Assembly: GCA_016789705.1 (NCBI GenBank)
Contig: JAEUQR010000141.1
Location: 7,175-71,174 of the forward strand
Length of the DNA stretch: 64,000 nt
Direction: 5' to 3'
DNA from: Acidobacteriota bacterium
Lineage (GTDB): Bacteria; Acidobacteriota; Vicinamibacteria; Vicinamibacterales; UBA2999
Shown: piece by piece, positions 61,801-64,000 of the stretch
Numbering within the stretch: position 1 is the first letter of the stretch
How the letters are laid out: each line of letters begins with the position of its first letter
The notes under the pieces: model-generated
Seen by the model: the letters and a program-made list of their open reading frames with translations, nothing else
Told to the model about the DNA's origin: nothing
Database searches by the model: none
Made by a program: the position numbers and the translations under genes

Positions 61801-62400
61801 CCAGTCGCGGTACGCCGGATGGCGCAGGTGCGCCGCGCACCAGCGCTTCAGCGCGTCGATCTCGGCCGCCACCGCCGCCTTCGCGGCCTCGTCGCCGCCG
61901 GTGCGCGCGGCCTCGTCGCGATCGAGCAGGGCGCAGCCGGCACGCGCCACGAGCAGTTCCCGGGCGCCGGCCTCGGTCGCGCCGGCGAGGATCGCGTCGA
62001 CGTAGGCGTGATCGCCGGCCGTGACCGGCACCGGCGCGCCGCCCTTGAGGAGCGGCAGCGCCCGGCGGCGCACGAAGTCGATCTTGAAGCGGAAGAGGTC
62101 GTCGTAGGCGCGGGTGGTGGCGGCGAGCACCTCCGCCTCCGGGCCCACGGCGAACAGCCGGGCGATGAAGCGGCTGACGTGCGGCGCGAGCGCCACGAGC
62201 AGGGCCGAGCGGTCCACCGGGCCCGGCGGCGCGCCTGCCTGCGCCTGCCAGCGTTCCCACAAGGCCGGCTCGGTGGCCACGACGTCGTCCACGAAGCGGG
62301 TGTAGAGGTCCGCGAGGCGGGCGGGCTCGTGCAGGTCCGCGAAGGTGAAATCGGGCAGTCCCAGGCGATCGACGGAAGAAGGCGCGGCGCTCATAGTCAC
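58858..62400 (-). CDS. Large multidomain flavoprotein oxidoreductase: N-terminal uncharacterised region + Fe-S cysteine clusters + GltD-like FAD/NAD(P) domain + PyrK-like ferredoxin-reductase module
   Basis: Cys clusters: HYCVLCHERDKDSCSKG...GCPLDEKI...MCPGTGHRICNDCMKACIYQ. Dinucleotide fold: KNVLVVGLGPAGYTLSHYL and a second VVIGGGLTGVD. C-terminal PyrK-like part: LLAGGGLGNAVLFSIARAL and the cluster PMQCMMKEVCAQCLQ. Confidence 0.7.
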   Translation of the reverse strand: MTMSAAPSSVDRLGLPDFTFADLHEPARLADLYTRFVDDVVATEPALWERWQAQAGAPPGPVDRSALLVALAPHVSRFIARLFAVGPEAEVLAATTRAYDDLFRFKIDFVRRRALPLLKGGAPVPVTAGDHAYVDAILAGATEAGARELLVARAGCALLDRDEAARTGGDEAAKAAVAAEIDALKRWCAAHLRHPAYRDWVVFKFPENLDAEHLVHITRPNQALPNVVAGPDALRRRRDGFTLTDPRYSTREVLSEVHYCVLCHERDKDSCSKGITDKQGAVTSNALGIPLAGCPLDEKISEMHLLRKRGDVLGALALVMLDNPMCPGTGHRICNDCMKACIYQKQEPVNIPQIETSALTDVLHLPWGVEIYGLLTRWNPLNHVRPHALPYNGKNVLVVGLGPAGYTLSHYLLNEGFGVVAIDGLKIEPPDPALAGRPGVAPQPIARWSDIYRPLDERVLEGFGGVSEYGITVRWDKNFLSLIHLTLARRTRLRIYGGVRFGGALPIDDAWANGIDHVAIAAGAGRPTIIDIRNNLIRGIRKASDFLMALQLTGAFKADALSNLQVRLPAVVIGGGLTGVDTATELLAYYPLQVEKMLDRYEALVATVGDAEVRRTFDDEERGILDEFLAHGRAVRAERARAAAAGEAPDFVPLVRQWGGVTLAYRKRLQDAPAYRLNHEEVAKALEEGITFAENLEPVEAVPDAFGHARAMIFRSGGERVELPARTVLVAAGTAPNVTYEKEHPGTFALDGKAKYFRGYRVERDASGARALVEDAQGFFTSYAREGRFVSYYGDNHPRYNGNVVKAMASAKHGYHHVVALFAEHLAALDPAAQPARDAAWHALVARFDHDLLARVERVERLTSTIIEVIVKAPAAARYFEPGQFYRLQNFERGSARITTDGQVSSLVMEGIALTGAWVDRERGLLSLITLEMGVSSRLCGYLQPGEPVVVMGPTGAPTEIPDGESVLLAGGGLGNAVLFSIARALKARGSRVLYFAGYKNGADLFKREDIEAATDQVIWATDTGVEIAPGRPQDRHFRGNIVQAMLAYAEGRLGGAVVPLPSVSRIIAIGSDRMMHAVQGARHGVLAPHLTPHVAIGSINSPMQCMMKEVCAQCLQRHVDPATGREEFVFSCYNQDQELDRVDFANLRARLKQNSVQERIADLWLAHVLARAPQPLAHV

Positions 62401-62712
62401 GTGGCCCCTCGATAGGCCGACTGATCACGGTACATCCGCGTTGCGTGAACGTCAAACGAGTGTTCAAACAGCGCGGTGCCACCTGCGCCGTGACGGGTTT
62501 CCGCACAGCAGAACTGGCAGTTCGTCCTCGATTCCGTTGTTCCGCCGCGGCATCCACACCAGTCTCACCCTGCGGGGCGGCGAACTCTCCGAGAATTCTG
62601 CAACCCCGGCAATGGCACGGCGCGGGAACGCGTCTTGCTCGTCGGGCACTGGCGCCGACTCGCCCCGGTCGGTCACGCCAGCGCCGATTACATTTCTGAG
62701 CGGAGTGAACAC

Positions 62713-63759
62713 ATGAACATGGTGAGACTGGTGAAGAACGGCATGCTCGCTCTGGCGATGCTGCTGCTGGCCGGACGGGCGCACGCACTCGGGCTCCAGG
62801 ACCGCGTGCTCGGCAGCAACCCGCTGGCCGGGGCCTTCCAGCAACTGCAGGTCGAGGGCAAAGCCACCATCAGCGCGGTCAGCGGCGCGTGCCCCACGGT
62901 CGTGCTGACGATCGCCGGCATCCCGGTGACGGTGAATGCGACGACGACGTTCCCCGCCGGCCAGTCCTGCGGTCAGCTCGCCGCCAACCTGCGCGTCGAA
63001 GTGCGCGGCATGCTGACGATCGATGCCGGCGCGCTGTCGGTCGTGGCGACCACGATCGAGATCGAGGACGGCAGCGAAGGCGAGGGCGAAGGCCGCGTGA
63101 CCGACGTGCAGGGAACCTGCCCGAACATCACCCTGACCGTCGACGGCCTCACGGTGAAGGCCGACGCGCTCACGAAGTACGTGCCCGCGAACCGCGGCGC
63201 CGGCTGCGACCAGATCAGAATCGGCACGAAGATCAAGGTGAAGGCCGTGCCCGCGACGGGCGGCGGCTATCGCGCCCGCCTCATCGAAATCAAGGGGCAC
63301 CGGCACTTCGGTGAAGGTGAGGGGCGCATCACGCAGGTCACCGGGACCTGCCCCGATGCGACGATCTACTTCGGTGCCACCGCCGTGCAGGTGAACGCGG
63401 CCACGAATTTCGTGGGCGGCAGCTGCGCCGACCTGGCCGTGGGCGTCCGCGTGCAGGCGCGCGGCTTCAAGGACGACGACGCCACCGCGAACGTCGCCAG
63501 CTGGATCCGCTTCAAGTCGCGGCGCGTCGAGGGACGCTCGACCATCACGGCGGTGAGCGGCACCTGCCCGGCGCTGTCGTTCACGGTGGCCGGCGTGGTC
63601 AAGGTCGTGACCGACGCCAGCACGGAGTTCGAGCACGGCACGTGCGCCAGCCTCGCGGTGGGCACGAGGGTGCGCGTGAAGGGCGACATGAAGACCGACG
63701 ACGGCGAGGTCATCGCCGAAGAAGTCGAGATCGAAAGCCGCCCCGGCGGCTCCCGCTAG
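62713..63759 (+). CDS. Secreted protein made of four DUF5666-like repeats with conserved cysteine pairs
   Basis: Start at MNMVRLVKNGMLALAMLLLAGRAHA. Four units of about 75-80 aa each contain G(A/T)CP...(F/L)T(I/V).G..V and G.(S/G/T)C..L..G..V.V.G: GACPTVVLTIAGIPV/GQSCGQLA; GTCPNITLTVDGLTV/GAGCDQIR; GTCPDATIYFGATAV/GGSCADLA; GTCPALSFTVAGVVK/HGTCASLA. Confidence 0.7.
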   Translation: MNMVRLVKNGMLALAMLLLAGRAHALGLQDRVLGSNPLAGAFQQLQVEGKATISAVSGACPTVVLTIAGIPVTVNATTTFPAGQSCGQLAANLRVEVRGMLTIDAGALSVVATTIEIEDGSEGEGEGRVTDVQGTCPNITLTVDGLTVKADALTKYVPANRGAGCDQIRIGTKIKVKAVPATGGGYRARLIEIKGHRHFGEGEGRITQVTGTCPDATIYFGATAVQVNAATNFVGGSCADLAVGVRVQARGFKDDDATANVASWIRFKSRRVEGRSTITAVSGTCPALSFTVAGVVKVVTDASTEFEHGTCASLAVGTRVRVKGDMKTDDGEVIAEEVEIESRPGGSR

Positions 63760-63782
63760 CCGCTCCCTCCGCACGTTCGCCC

Positions 63783-63807
63783 GGGGGAGGGGGGCATCCC
63801 CTCCCCC
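63783..63807 (+). terminator. GC hairpin after the DUF5666-like gene (10-bp perfect stem, 5-nt loop)
   Basis: GGGGGAGGGG-GGCAT-CCCCTCCCCC, 24 nt after the TAG. No U-tract follows. Confidence 0.5.
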
Positions 63808-63868
63808 GCGCGCCTTGACTTGCCTTCCAAGCGCTGAGTACGCTCGCCTGCGTACGCCTCCGCGCTCC

Positions 63869-64000
63869 GTGACCATTCAACTGAACGGCGACCCCTTCGA
63901 CCTGGACGGCCCGATCTCGGTGGCTGCGCTCCTGGCGAGGCTGCAGATCGACCCCCGCCGCGTCGCGGTCGAGCTGAACCTCGTCGTGCTGAAGCGGGCC
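63869..64000 (+). CDS. thiS: Sulfur carrier protein ThiS (N-terminal part; runs off the window)
   Basis: My translation from the GTG at 63869: VTIQLNGDPFDLDGPISVAALLARLQIDPRRVAVELNLVVLKRA. This matches the ThiS pattern (M.I.lNGe......tl..LL..l.......vAVe.N..iv.r). Confidence 0.6.
   Translation, partial: MTIQLNGDPFDLDGPISVAALLARLQIDPRRVAVELNLVVLKRA

Noticed and set aside
57103-62415. 1770-aa plus-strand ORF, and similar very long ORFs: 5025..7304 (+), 9224..11041 (+), 21119..23395 (+), 24662..26578 (-), 31560..33719 (+), 34767..37037 (+), 41299..42804 (-), 60521..62788 (-), 62464..63876 (-).
   Set aside because: Their translations are R/A/G/P/H-rich low-complexity strings with no recognisable motifs. 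Each lies antisense to, or frame-shifted over, a gene with clear family signatures. Such shadow ORFs are expected at about 70% GC because stop codons are rare.
63808-63868. TPP riboswitch upstream of thiS.
   Set aside because: Only about 60 nt lie between the upstream terminator hairpin and the thiS GTG, which is too short for a THI element of about 100 nt. I cannot find the conserved CUGAGA ... ACCUGAUCUGGAUAAUGCCAGCG-type core. There is only a small GTACGC/GCGTAC hairpin.

Overview
Gene-dense, high-GC chromosomal segment. Hand counts of single 60-nt lines give about 67-72% G+C outside one lower-GC patch. I can support about 47 protein-coding genes. I see no rRNA, tRNA, CRISPR array, transposase or integrase. 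All family names come from motif recognition in the supplied translations; no database search was run.

The gene content and GC are reminiscent of Acidobacteriota or Gemmatimonadota (many secreted peptidases, PD40 fusions, a CBM9/DUF5916-like outer-membrane protein, TLC-HEAT fusion transporters). That placement is inference only.

Housekeeping genes:
- Central metabolism and biosynthesis: tkt, an isocitrate/isopropylmalate dehydrogenase family gene, proline dehydrogenase, glk, threonine dehydratase, partial thiS.
- Translation and RNA: infA, cca, a DEAD-box helicase.
- Envelope and transport: mtgA, a DppABC-like importer without ATPase genes, and a Cpx-like two-component system next to a divergent Spy/CpxP-like gene.

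Most unusual loci:
1. 11.2-18.7 kb is a same-strand module. It starts with the only near-consensus intergenic sigma-54 promoter I found. It encodes a small HTH protein, a secreted S8 subtilase ending in 19 near-identical tandem hexapeptide units, an HD-GYP/GAF/degenerate-GGDEF membrane protein, and a 931-aa sigma-54 enhancer-binding protein. About 3.5 kb of this module has clearly lower GC.
2. 33.8-35.1 kb encodes a P1B-type ATPase skeleton. It keeps the HMA domain and the CPC membrane core but lacks the A, P and N domains.
3. 21.3-27.9 kb holds two divergent TLC (ATP/ADP translocase-like)-HEAT fusion paralogs, one carrying two cNMP-binding domains.
4. Other unusual architectures are a PD40 propeller-GGT fusion, a kinase-pseudokinase tandem protein and a degenerate diadenylate-cyclase-like protein.

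Many long ORFs in the track are GC-driven shadow frames and were rejected.
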